Positions 33,482 through 42,887 are shown, counted from the first letter of the stretch. The stretch is 56,223 nt of DNA from an uncultured Clostridia bacterium (GCA_947628475.1 CANRAB010000001.1:1-56223); one strand, 5' to 3'. Notes: generated by a model not told the origin, from the sequence alone. Translations and numbers: made by a program.

Positions 33482-35083
33482 TTAACCTGCTTTATTAATT
33501 TTAGGAAATAAATTTATAGTAAAGTTCGTTGGATCTGAATCTTTTCTTATTGATTTTTCTGTTTTTAAGTAGGTTACTTGTGCCAAAACTGTCTTTAATA
33601 AATCATTCTTTTCCTCTGGTGTTTTTAATAAATAATATACATCAATAAGATTTTGTAATTTAGGTACTAATACCTCTTTTCCTTTATCTGCTATTTCTTG
33701 CGATAATTTAGTTTTATATTTTTCAATAGAATTATTAATTCCTTCTATATTTTGTAATATTACCTCACTTCTTTCTTTAAACATTTCTTTTGTATATGTT
33801 CCATCTTCAAGGAAGTTAAATATATTTAACAATTTGTCATTTTCTCTTTTAGCTTCTATCTCTAATGATTTTATCGTTTTTTCAATAAATTCAATTTTAT
33901 TATGATTTACTTTAGCTATATGTTCTTGATAATCAAATCTATATTGTTCTAACCATTTTTTTAATCCATCTAAAACTTTTTCTTCTACAAAATGAAATTT
34001 TGATCCTACATTATCACATTTAGTATTCGCACAATATAAAGTTGGCTCTTTACTATATTTTGTGTATGACCTTCTTTTCATCTTTTGACCACATTTAGCA
34101 CAATATACTAAACCGCACAATGGATTTTGAATCATAGAGCAGTGTGTTACTGGTGCAGTATTATGGCTTCTTTTAGCCTGGGCAATTTTCCATGTTTTTT
34201 CATCTATTATAGCTTTATGCAATCCATCAACAAGTATATAATCATCATTTCTTGGTCTTGTATTTTTAAGTTTTTCATTTTTATAAACTTTAACAACTTT
34301 TCTTACATTCCATTTTATTTTACCTATATATACAGGATTAGCCAATATATCTTTTACACTAGCAACAGACCATTCATCATTTTTTCTAGGTTTTAATCCC
34401 ATTTCATTTAGCTTTCTTGTTACTTCATGTAATGATAAATTATCATAAGCATATAAATCATACATAATTTTAACAATACCTGCCTCTGAATTTTTTTTTA
34501 ATGTAAATCCCTTATCCCCTTTAATTTTAACTCTATCATATCCAAATGGTGCTATACTGCCTACATATTTTCCTTCATTAACTGATGAAATTCTCCCTCT
34601 TTGAAGTCTTCTATTAATTGTTTTATATTCTCTTCTGGACATAAATAAACCAAATTCGAAATATTCTTCATCGAATTCATCATTTGGATCATAAGTTTTC
34701 ATCGGTGTGATTATTTTAGTATCTGAAATTTTAAATGCCTTTGCTACAATTCCCTGATCCATTGTCTCTCCTCGAGCAAGTCTTTCAATTTCAACAACTA
34801 AAACACCTTTCCATCTTCCTCGTCTTACATCTGCTAATAATTTCTGAACTTCAGGTCTTGCCTCAATAGTTTCACCACTTACTATCTCCCTATATATTTT
34901 ACCTACTTTGATCTCTTTTTTATAAGCCAAATCTAATAATATTTTTTCGTGTCTAGCAAGAGTTTCCCCCTCTCCCTTTTCCTCCGCCTCCATGTCAGCT
35001 CTTGATTTTCTTAAATACATTGCATATTCACCAAAAATATCTACAACAGAATTATTTAAATCCCCATAATGTATATTTTCCAA
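33482..35083 (-). CDS. large serine recombinase (SpoIVCA/TndX-type)
   Basis: YLRKSRAD catalytic Ser motif, resolvase domain VVEIERLARG, recombinase domain, a zinc ribbon CGLVYCAKCGQKM...YCANTKCDN and a coiled-coil tail. The start is uncertain (TTG at 35083 or ATG at 35020). Confidence 0.9.
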   Translation of the reverse strand: MENIHYGDLNNSVVDIFGEYAMYLRKSRADMEAEEKGEGETLARHEKILLDLAYKKEIKVGKIYREIVSGETIEARPEVQKLLADVRRGRWKGVLVVEIERLARGETMDQGIVAKAFKISDTKIITPMKTYDPNDEFDEEYFEFGLFMSRREYKTINRRLQRGRISSVNEGKYVGSIAPFGYDRVKIKGDKGFTLKKNSEAGIVKIMYDLYAYDNLSLHEVTRKLNEMGLKPRKNDEWSVASVKDILANPVYIGKIKWNVRKVVKVYKNEKLKNTRPRNDDYILVDGLHKAIIDEKTWKIAQAKRSHNTAPVTHCSMIQNPLCGLVYCAKCGQKMKRRSYTKYSKEPTLYCANTKCDNVGSKFHFVEEKVLDGLKKWLEQYRFDYQEHIAKVNHNKIEFIEKTIKSLEIEAKRENDKLLNIFNFLEDGTYTKEMFKERSEVILQNIEGINNSIEKYKTKLSQEIADKGKEVLVPKLQNLIDVYYLLKTPEEKNDLLKTVLAQVTYLKTEKSIRKDSDPTNFTINLFPKINKAG

Positions 35084-35134
35084 AATATTTCCCTTCTTTA
35101 CTGATTATTTTATATATGGTCAAAAATATAATCT

Positions 35135-35272
35135 TTAATAACATTCTAAAATTTTTTTCATAATTAGCGTTAATAAAATATCTATTATTTCCTGTTCTTC
35201 TTCTTTCGTTACAATGTTTCTATCATCAACCCTTATTATTGTTTTATCACATTTGTATTCTTCAATAATCAT
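35135..35272 (-). CDS. 45-aa ORF directly upstream of the recombinase (candidate recombination directionality factor)
   Basis: Own translation (too short for the track): MIIEEYKCDKTIIRVDDRNIVTKEEEQEIIDILLTLIMKKILECY. AGAGGTG RBS 8 nt upstream of the ATG. 51 nt gap to the recombinase start. Confidence 0.35.
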   Translation of the reverse strand: MIIEEYKCDKTIIRVDDRNIVTKEEEQEIIDILLTLIMKKILECY

Positions 35273-35371
35273 TTAATATACACCTCTATAAATATATATT
35301 TAAATATAAAAATAAAAGAACATTAAGATATACTTAATATTCTTTCAGAACATGATAAAATTAACAATTTA

Positions 35372-36037
35372 TTATTTCTTTAAAACTCCACATTCTTTCA
35401 ATATTTGCTCAACACACTTATTAATTGTCAAATCTGGATTTTCAGTATAATATTTAAATTTTCCATATATTTTACATTTATCTTTTGCGTTTTCCTCATT
35501 CATTTTCCTAATTTCATTACCATTTTTCACAGCACAAATTACATCTTCTAATTCTATCTTTTGTAATATTCTTTTAAAATTTTTTTCTTCTTTATAATCG
35601 TCTATAAACTGAAATTTTTCATTATATGCTCCATTAATTCCATTTACATATTGTTTTCTATGAGATACTGAACCTTTTTGTTGTATTTTATGTAAAATCA
35701 TCCATAAGTCAAAAGAAAAATTACTATATCCTAATTTGTATTCAAGATTTTTATTTATTTTATTTACATTTTTCAGTTCATCTAAAACTCTATTAAATTG
35801 TTTTACATGCACTTCTTCATTACTTTCATAATCACAAATATGAAATACTTTAGTTGGTTTATATAATGCAGGTATTGACTTTGCTGTACTAATAATTGAT
35901 TTACTGATTTTAGAATAAAATTTAACTTTAAATAATAATTCTTCTTTATTGTTTATTAATTCTTGCAATCTTTCAAAATACCATTGTTCTGTTTCACCTT
36001 CAACAGATAAATAATATTTATTACATATTTTTTTCAA
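35372..36037 (-). CDS. RloB-like (AbiLii-like) protein
   Basis: N-terminal YYLSVEGETEQWYFERL resembles the RloB CEGxxTExxYF motif. 221 aa. 4-nt overlap with the upstream ATPase gene. Confidence 0.55.
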   Translation of the reverse strand: MKKICNKYYLSVEGETEQWYFERLQELINNKEELLFKVKFYSKISKSIISTAKSIPALYKPTKVFHICDYESNEEVHVKQFNRVLDELKNVNKINKNLEYKLGYSNFSFDLWMILHKIQQKGSVSHRKQYVNGINGAYNEKFQFIDDYKEEKNFKRILQKIELEDVICAVKNGNEIRKMNEENAKDKCKIYGKFKYYTENPDLTINKCVEQILKECGVLKK

Positions 36038-37344
36038 TCTTTATTTTCCTCTCTTTCGTCGTTTTTAAAAATATTTGAAAAATCAATATCTCTTATTGCT
36101 CCATATTTATTAATAAAATAATTTTTCATATAATCTTCTGTATTTCTTACACCTTTAGTTCCATTTGTACCAAAGTCTGATAAAGAATACAAAATACTAC
36201 CTTTATCCTCATTCTCTACAAATTTTATTTCATCTCTTCTTAATAAAGCATTATTTAAAAATATTGGATTATGTGTATTAAAAATTAATTGTGCTCCCTT
36301 TGTATTGATTTCATCATTATGAAAAATATTGATTATATTCATAATCGCCATAGGATGTATAGAAGCATCAAACTCATCTACTACTAGTGTAGCTCCTGTC
36401 CTTATTGTCATTAATATTACAGGAAAAATATTCAAAAATCTTATGGTTCCAAATGATTCGAAAAATTCAGCAGGTATTATTGCTTTACCATTTTTATATT
36501 CAATCATTGATACAGGCTCTACAAGTTCATTATCTCCATTAATTGGATATGCAATCTGCTTTGATGTGAGTCCAAAATCTTTAATAGCTTTATTTAATGT
36601 TTTATCTATATAATACTTTTTTTTATTATTGTTCGATAGTATAACAGGGGAAAAATGTATCATATCTGCATGATAAATAATTCTATATTTATTCTTAAAC
36701 CAATCATAAATAATATCAAAAATCTTTTTACTATATAAGGTCTTAAACATTCCATTAAAAAATAATTCTTTATTATCTAAATTGGCAGTTGAGATTTTTT
36801 CCGCTGTTTCCTTTTCAAAATTTTCAATTAAAAAATCATTAATAGTATCAATTTTTCCAATCTCTACACTATTTTCTCTTCTATATATTAAAACATTATT
36901 TATATACAATTCTTCATTTACTATTTTCCTATCATATTCAGAATCAATAAATTCACCTAAAGCCAATGATAAATAAAATTCAATTACCATATTTTGTACT
37001 AAAAATTTAATATAAAAACTTACTGGCTCATTTTTTTCACTATTTATATTTGGTATAAGTTCTAATCTATCTACTGCTGTATTGAGAGTTGTCAATTTTT
37101 CTTTATTTTTTATATTACCATTTAATATAATAGAACGTAAAACATCCATGCCACCAATAATATTAGTTTTACCAGCAGAATTTGGTCCATAAATTGCCGT
37201 AGAAGATAAAGCTTTTACTTTTTTTCCTTTAATTTCTCTAACTATAATACTATATTCCAAATCTTTTTGTGGAGTAGGAATCATTTTTAAATTCATTTCT
37301 TCTCTGAAAGATTTAAAATTATTCATTTTAAATTCTAATAACAT
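36034..37344 (-). CDS. AAA_21/ABC-type ATPase (AbiLi-like)
   Basis: MLLEFKMNNFKSFREE..., Walker A IYGPNSAGKTN, Walker B LVVDEFDASIHP and QLIFNTHNP. Confidence 0.65.
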   Translation of the reverse strand: MLLEFKMNNFKSFREEMNLKMIPTPQKDLEYSIIVREIKGKKVKALSSTAIYGPNSAGKTNIIGGMDVLRSIILNGNIKNKEKLTTLNTAVDRLELIPNINSEKNEPVSFYIKFLVQNMVIEFYLSLALGEFIDSEYDRKIVNEELYINNVLIYRRENSVEIGKIDTINDFLIENFEKETAEKISTANLDNKELFFNGMFKTLYSKKIFDIIYDWFKNKYRIIYHADMIHFSPVILSNNNKKKYYIDKTLNKAIKDFGLTSKQIAYPINGDNELVEPVSMIEYKNGKAIIPAEFFESFGTIRFLNIFPVILMTIRTGATLVVDEFDASIHPMAIMNIINIFHNDEINTKGAQLIFNTHNPIFLNNALLRRDEIKFVENEDKGSILYSLSDFGTNGTKGVRNTEDYMKNYFINKYGAIRDIDFSNIFKNDEREENKD

Positions 37345-37478
37345 ACAACTCTCCTTTTTATTTGCAGTATTTTCGCAAACTTTATTTTTATTATACTATT
37401 ATTATGCTATTTAGTCAATATTTTATGCTAAATTATTGCAAGTTTTATATTTTTAGAAATCAAAACGATATCATTATG

Positions 37479-37498
37479 GAGCATACGAGCTAGCTCAC
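37479..37498. other. attR (deduced): GGAGCATAC-GA-GCTAGCTCA
   Basis: Point where cotJC homology resumes. Central GA at 37487..37488. Confidence 0.55.
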
Positions 37499-37909
37499 TT
37501 AGAGATGGTTGGAACAATAGTTCATCAATTAACTGATGGAGCATCAATAGAAGAAATTGAAAAAGCTGGTTTAGGTGCATATTATACTGACCGTGGTGTA
37601 GATGTATATCCTCAATCTGCTGGAGGAACTCCTTTTACAGCAGCATATATCGCATGCAAAGGCGACCCAATAGCTAATTTACAAGAAGATTTAGCTGCAG
37701 AACAAAAGGCTCGTGCAACATACGAAAAGTTAATTGACCTTTGCGGAGATGACCCAGATGTAATTGACCCTCTACGTTTCTTAAGACAAAGAGAAGTTGT
37801 TCACTTCCAAAGATTTGGTGAAGCTTTGCGTGGAGTTCAAGATAAACTTGCTGAAAAGAAATATTATATGAATGATATGAACTGCATGATGAAAAATGAT
37901 ATGAGATAA
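37489..37909 (+). CDS. cotJC: cotJC 3' segment
   Basis: (E)LAHLEMVGTIVHQLTDG...GDPIANLQEDLAAEQKARATYEKLI...LRFLRQREVVHFQRFGEAL carries Mn-catalase/CotJC motifs (EExAHxE, AEExAR, REVVH). It has no RBS or start of its own at the homology boundary. Confidence 0.85.
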
Positions 37910-37917
37910 CGCTTTTA

Positions 37918-37955
37918 ATCAAAAATGAAGTATCAAAAGATGCTTCATTTTTGAT
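37918..37955 (+). terminator. hairpin downstream of cotJC
   Basis: ATCAAAAATGAAG...CTTCATTTTTGAT, a 13-bp stem. The trailing U-tract is weak. Confidence 0.4.
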
Positions 37956-37989
37956 GCTTAACTTAAAGACTTAAAAATTTCATTTTATA

Positions 37990-39018
37990 TTAATTGCATA
38001 TTTTGTAAATCAACTCCTGATATTGTTTTACTAGTTTTTGATAACTAGTTTTTGATATATGTTCATTTACTTCATGTGCAGTTACCGGTCCTGTACCTAA
38101 AATAATTCTTTTGCAATTACTTATAAAACTTGCTTCTGTCATAAAATTCGCCGTTTTTACATTTTTTATGAAGTCAATTGTATCTAAAAATGGATCTATG
38201 TTTTCTATAATATTTGTATCTGCAATATATTTCTTTGCTAATTCTTCTATTTTATCTTTTATTAATTTTATGTGTTTTTTATTAGCTACTCTAAAATCTA
38301 TGCTTATTTCACAACTAGCAGGTATAGAATTTTTAGCACTTCCACCTTTGATTATCCCTACATTCATTGTTGTATATGGAATTTCATAGGCTTCTTCTTT
38401 ATCATTTTTTATATTATCATTATAAAATTCATTTAACTCATATATAAAATTCACTGCATTCAAATTTGCACTAATACCTTTCTCTGGATTACTAGAATGT
38501 GCTTTTATTCCTTTAAAATAAATTTCATATTCTAGTAGCCCCTTTCCCCCTGTTAACATTTCATTATCAGTTGGCTCTCCAAATATTACAAATTCGGGAA
38601 ATTTTTCATTATTTTTTACTAATTCATAAGTTCCTCCAAAGCATATTTCTTCATCATAAGTAAAATAAAGCTTCATACCATTTTTTAATTTGTTAAAATT
38701 TATTGTTGAAACAGCCTCCATCATAGCTGCTATTCCACCTTTCATATCACATACTCCTAACCCATATAAATATTCATCTTTTATCGTTAATTCAAATGGA
38801 TTCTTAAAAGTTTCTATATACTCAACAGTATCTGTATGCCCTAAAAATCCTAGTTTCTGATTTGTTCCAATTGTCATTATTAAATTTTTTGTTTTAGACT
38901 CTGTTTTGAATCCTAAGTTTAATAAATAATTTTCTATATAATTCATAATCTCCTTATTTTCTTTATCTTTAATTGTATTAAACTTAACTAAATCCTTTAA
39001 AATTTTAAAATTTTCCAT
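37990..39018 (-). CDS. M20 family metallopeptidase (ArgE/DapE-type deacylase)
   Basis: LGFLGHTDTV, GVCDMKGG, GEPT and a C-terminal HEVNE-type motif. Confidence 0.7.
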   Translation of the reverse strand: MENFKILKDLVKFNTIKDKENKEIMNYIENYLLNLGFKTESKTKNLIMTIGTNQKLGFLGHTDTVEYIETFKNPFELTIKDEYLYGLGVCDMKGGIAAMMEAVSTINFNKLKNGMKLYFTYDEEICFGGTYELVKNNEKFPEFVIFGEPTDNEMLTGGKGLLEYEIYFKGIKAHSSNPEKGISANLNAVNFIYELNEFYNDNIKNDKEEAYEIPYTTMNVGIIKGGSAKNSIPASCEISIDFRVANKKHIKLIKDKIEELAKKYIADTNIIENIDPFLDTIDFIKNVKTANFMTEASFISNCKRIILGTGPVTAHEVNEHISKTSYQKLVKQYQELIYKICN

Positions 39019-39814
39019 ATTTTATTCCTCCATTTTCCTCTATTATTTTTCCTGACACGACAGCTTCTTTTATATAATCAGAACACATATTCAAAGTTAC
39101 ATTAATGCTATACCCTGATGGCTGTGTAATTTCAAAGCAAGTTATACCTAGAATAGAATTTTTATAAATAGCTACTGCTAAACTTCCACTACCACATGCG
39201 GTTTCATAAAATAAAGTATCTATTGTTTTTACCCAAATTATTGGATAGATTTTTATGCTTTCTTGATTTGCTTCTAATAAAATTATTCCTACCGCATTTT
39301 CTCCATTATCAAACTTTTTCATTATTTTCTTTAACTTATTTTTGGTTTTTTCTTCATTTATTTTTAATTCTTTAATATATTCTTTTGAATTATTTTCATC
39401 TATAACTGCTAAACATATTCCATCTAATTTTATATAATTCAATTTTCCTTTTATGCTCATAATATCATTAATTCTTTTATTTATTTTAATTTTTGCATAC
39501 ACATTTCTTTGTCTACTAATTCCACCTTCTACTATCTCTTTACAGCCCGATACTTGTATTTTTATATTTCCTTCTTTTTTATTAAGATATTCCCAAATTG
39601 CACATCTTGTAGCATTTATACAAAATTCTCCTCCAGCCATTTCTAAACTATTTTCTTTATTACTTATAAAGCCAACTTGTTCAACATCTTTATTTTCTCT
39701 TAGTATAGTTTCATTAATAATCTTTTTCTCAAAATTTGAATAACAACTTCCAATTACTAATGCTGTTTTATTTCCACCAGGATTTAATATTTTATACTTA
39801 AAATTTTTCATCAT
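39005..39814 (-). CDS. DapF-family PLP-independent epimerase/racemase-like protein
   Basis: ILNPGGNKTALV, GGEFCINATRCA and ETACGSGSLAVA give the two catalytic-Cys motifs of the DAP-epimerase fold. Overlaps the M20 gene by 14 nt. Confidence 0.55.
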   Translation of the reverse strand: MMKNFKYKILNPGGNKTALVIGSCYSNFEKKIINETILRENKDVEQVGFISNKENSLEMAGGEFCINATRCAIWEYLNKKEGNIKIQVSGCKEIVEGGISRQRNVYAKIKINKRINDIMSIKGKLNYIKLDGICLAVIDENNSKEYIKELKINEEKTKNKLKKIMKKFDNGENAVGIILLEANQESIKIYPIIWVKTIDTLFYETACGSGSLAVAIYKNSILGITCFEITQPSGYSINVTLNMCSDYIKEAVVSGKIIEENGGIKYGKF

Positions 39815-39915
39815 CTACCTCCTCCTTATATTTTACTTACAAATTTTATTGTAGTTTTTCACTTTTTCATCCCCTTATAATATTTATTTTTCATAAAACT
39901 CTTTTCATTTTTTAT

Positions 39916-40036
39916 AAAAAAAATGTATGAGTAATTCTTTTTATAATCACTCATACATCTTTTAGCCTTATTTTGTCTTACAACAACTTGTATTACTGCA
40001 CGACTAATACGTATGGGTGATACTCACTCCATACGT
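39916..40036 (-). promoter_or_regulatory. attenuator-like leader: upstream hairpin, alternative antiterminator pairing, and strong intrinsic terminator with U8
   Basis: Minus-strand RNA. Hairpin 1 is ACGUAUGG-A-GUGA/UCAC-CCAUACGU (40036..40009). The terminator is AUGUAUGAGUGAUU/AAUUACUCAUACAU plus UUUUUUUU (39958..39916). AUCACCCAUACGU can pair with AUGUAUGAGUGAU (12 of 13). Confidence 0.5.
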
Positions 40037-40166
40037 GATGTTTATTATTTATTTCATTTACTATTATTCTTTTTGTATACTTCATCTTTTTTGCTTCTCC
40101 TATCAACTTTTACATTTTATGCTGATTAATTCTTAACATCTTAATAAAAATATTCCGTACATTAAT

Positions 40167-42887
40167 TTACTCACCTATCTCTTTTTCTTTCATTTTTTCC
40201 TCTTGAACATTAAAGTATTCTACTTTTCCATTTTGTAAATCAACTAACGCTTCTCTCTCTTCATATGCTGCTCCACAATCTATATCAAGATATCCATTTT
40301 TATATTCTATCATATTACTATCAGTTGGTGTATGCCCAATTATAGTAAATGTGCCTTTCTTTGCTATATTTTTATTTACTGTTTCAGAACTATCTCTACA
40401 CCAAACAGCCTCCTCTATCATATTCATTTTTCCTTCTCTCAATAATTCTCTTACAGTTTTATCTCCACTCTCGTTTTCTGCTTGTATTGCCTTGGCGTGT
40501 ACCATGTGAATTTGTTGTGAATTTATATTAATGTTTTTATATACATATGAATCTAAAATAAATTCCTTTATTTTATTTTGTTCGTCTTGAGTTAACCTTT
40601 CAAATGATTGTCTTGTTATATATCCTCCATTTCTTTGTTCCCAATTTTCTCTTTCTTTTTTATCATTCAAGAATAATGATTTCATCATCATAATTTCGTG
40701 ATTTCCTACTATAAATTCAATTTGTCCATTTTCTTTCTTTTTCATTATATCTTGTAAAATCTTTACTCCATCCGGACCTCTATCTATTACATCTCCTAAA
40801 ATATATAATTTATCTTTGTTTCTTAATTTTTTTATAATTGCTTCGTATGTAGAATATTGTCCATGAAGATCACTACATACATAAGTTTTTGAATCAGATG
40901 TATTTTTTTTATTTGTCTCTCTCTCTTCCTCCTTTACTTCTATTCCCTTTTGTTTCATGATTTCTTTTAACTCATTAGCTCTTACTTCATCATAAATTGG
41001 AAGTGTTTGATCTGAATATAATTTATATAGTCTATTATAATTTATTTCTGCTCTCTTATCACCATAATCTGTAATTAATTTTTCATATATATTTTTTGCT
41101 AGAATCTTATCAGGTTCAATAATAACATTATCAGATAAATCCTTTATCCCTTCGTAAGCAATTCTACCTAATTCATCCAGTTCCATTTCAGAAACCGAAT
41201 CATTTTTTTCTATTTTCTTTTTATATGAATTTATAATCTTAGTCATCTCATATGTTGATTGATTTCTTCTTGTAAGTTCATAATTTACGATTAATGGCAT
41301 AACTGGTATTTTTGCAGATAATTTACTATTTTTTAATTTTTTTAATGCATGACTAAATTTTGCTTCATTTTTTATACATTCTATATTATTATTACTATCA
41401 GAATATACATTACTTCTTAATTCCAAAAAATAATTTAATTCTTTACGCAAAAATTCTATTGCTTTTTGTTTATCAGGTATTACAACGCCTTTTCCATTTT
41501 TATCACTATATAGTTGATATAAATAATCTAAAAGGCCAATATTAAAGTCTATGTCTTTTTCAATAAATTCTTTTGCAAAATCGCCTTTCAGTCCATCTTC
41601 TAAATTTAAAATCATTTTATTAAAATTATTACGCACATATTCATCATCATTCTTCTTTAAATAATTTGGAATATAAAAAATATATATTTCTGGCATTTTT
41701 AATATTGATTTACTATTTTCACTAAATTTATCTATAATATTTAATATTTCTTTTCTTCTACCATCAAATTTTTCTGTTTCTACCTCTTTTGATATTATAT
41801 CATTGAATTTATCTTGTTGTTCAATTTCCCCCGTGCTTTCTGGCATTACCTTTGAAAAGTCATTCACTTTTGTTAATTCAATATTAAATTCTTTAGAAAT
41901 TTTTTCTATCAATTTATCATTTACAATATTTGGATATTTCTCTTTAATACTCTCTATATTTGAATTTAGTTCTTCAAATTCTTCTTTTGACAATACTTTA
42001 TCTTGAATTTCTTTAAATATACTTTTTAATTCTACTCTTGCCTTTATCTTTTGTTTTGTCAAATTATTATCTTTATCTAATTTTTTTTCAAGATTCTTAT
42101 AGATTACATCTTTTCTTTCTGGTATCCTTTTAATTACAATTTTTTTAGCTGATGCAGATACCTTTGGTGTTATAATTCGCGTTGTTGAATTTGTTGTAGC
42201 TTTATTATTTTTATCATAATTTTTTATCACATCATCATATCTTTTACTGGTTATATAATTATTATTTATATATTCATTCTGTATCATTGGAATTCTTTTT
42301 AACGCAACAGTTTTATCAATATATTCATTTGCTTTTTCAAATTTATCTTTTTCGAAATTTGAATTTAAACTATTTGAAATGGTTTCTCCTCGTTTTTTTG
42401 CATCAATGATAGATTTTGCAAGTTCCATTTTTCTATCAATTTCTATATCAATATTTTTTTTGCTTTTTATGTTTTCTTTTAATCTGTTAAGATATTGTTC
42501 TGGAACATTTTTATTATTTTCTATATCTTTTAATTTTTGTATTTCTTCAGGTGTATTATAACCTAATAATTTTAAGTCTTCTTCATCTTTTAGAGTTATT
42601 GTACCATCGACATTTTCTATAAATGCTTCACAAAATAATTGATAATCATTTTGTATTTTTTCTTGAGCCTCTTTTATTATCTCTTCCTCATTCATTTCTT
42701 GTTCAGCTAATAAACTATCTGAAATATAATCTAATAGTTCTTCTTCGATTTCCTCTTCTATAATACTTATTCTTTTATTATATTCTTTTTCAGTTTCTTC
42801 TTCTTTTTTTTGCCATTCATCATCTGATATAATATCTAGTTTATTAATTATTTCATTTATTTGCTTTATTTCATCTTCTCTACTCAT
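40167..42887 (-). CDS. 906-aa protein: long acidic/coiled-coil N-terminal region plus C-terminal PPP-family metallophosphoesterase
   Basis: C-terminal motifs CSDLHGQ, LGDVIDRG, VGNHE and IIGHTP. The N-terminal 650 aa or so is low-complexity helical with no recognised motif. Confidence 0.6.
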   Translation of the reverse strand: MSREDEIKQINEIINKLDIISDDEWQKKEEETEKEYNKRISIIEEEIEEELLDYISDSLLAEQEMNEEEIIKEAQEKIQNDYQLFCEAFIENVDGTITLKDEEDLKLLGYNTPEEIQKLKDIENNKNVPEQYLNRLKENIKSKKNIDIEIDRKMELAKSIIDAKKRGETISNSLNSNFEKDKFEKANEYIDKTVALKRIPMIQNEYINNNYITSKRYDDVIKNYDKNNKATTNSTTRIITPKVSASAKKIVIKRIPERKDVIYKNLEKKLDKDNNLTKQKIKARVELKSIFKEIQDKVLSKEEFEELNSNIESIKEKYPNIVNDKLIEKISKEFNIELTKVNDFSKVMPESTGEIEQQDKFNDIISKEVETEKFDGRRKEILNIIDKFSENSKSILKMPEIYIFYIPNYLKKNDDEYVRNNFNKMILNLEDGLKGDFAKEFIEKDIDFNIGLLDYLYQLYSDKNGKGVVIPDKQKAIEFLRKELNYFLELRSNVYSDSNNNIECIKNEAKFSHALKKLKNSKLSAKIPVMPLIVNYELTRRNQSTYEMTKIINSYKKKIEKNDSVSEMELDELGRIAYEGIKDLSDNVIIEPDKILAKNIYEKLITDYGDKRAEINYNRLYKLYSDQTLPIYDEVRANELKEIMKQKGIEVKEEERETNKKNTSDSKTYVCSDLHGQYSTYEAIIKKLRNKDKLYILGDVIDRGPDGVKILQDIMKKKENGQIEFIVGNHEIMMMKSLFLNDKKERENWEQRNGGYITRQSFERLTQDEQNKIKEFILDSYVYKNININSQQIHMVHAKAIQAENESGDKTVRELLREGKMNMIEEAVWCRDSSETVNKNIAKKGTFTIIGHTPTDSNMIEYKNGYLDIDCGAAYEEREALVDLQNGKVEYFNVQEEKMKEKEIGE

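Larger units (their letters stand above)
30852..37488. mobile_element. 6.6 kb intervening element inserted in cotJC (skin-like; large serine recombinase plus defence-type cargo)
   Basis: The cotJC halves flank it. Joining 30851 to 37489 gives the in-frame sequence ...DIGTEELAHLEMVGTIVHQL... (615 nt total). A shared GA dinucleotide occurs at both junctions. The reconstructed attP is an imperfect palindrome. All internal genes are on the opposite strand to cotJC. Confidence 0.8.

Noticed and set aside
39815-40166. Lysine (L-box) riboswitch upstream of the DapF-like/M20 genes
   Set aside because: The leader is too short and simple, and I could not find the L-box conserved helices. It is reported instead as an unclassified attenuator candidate.
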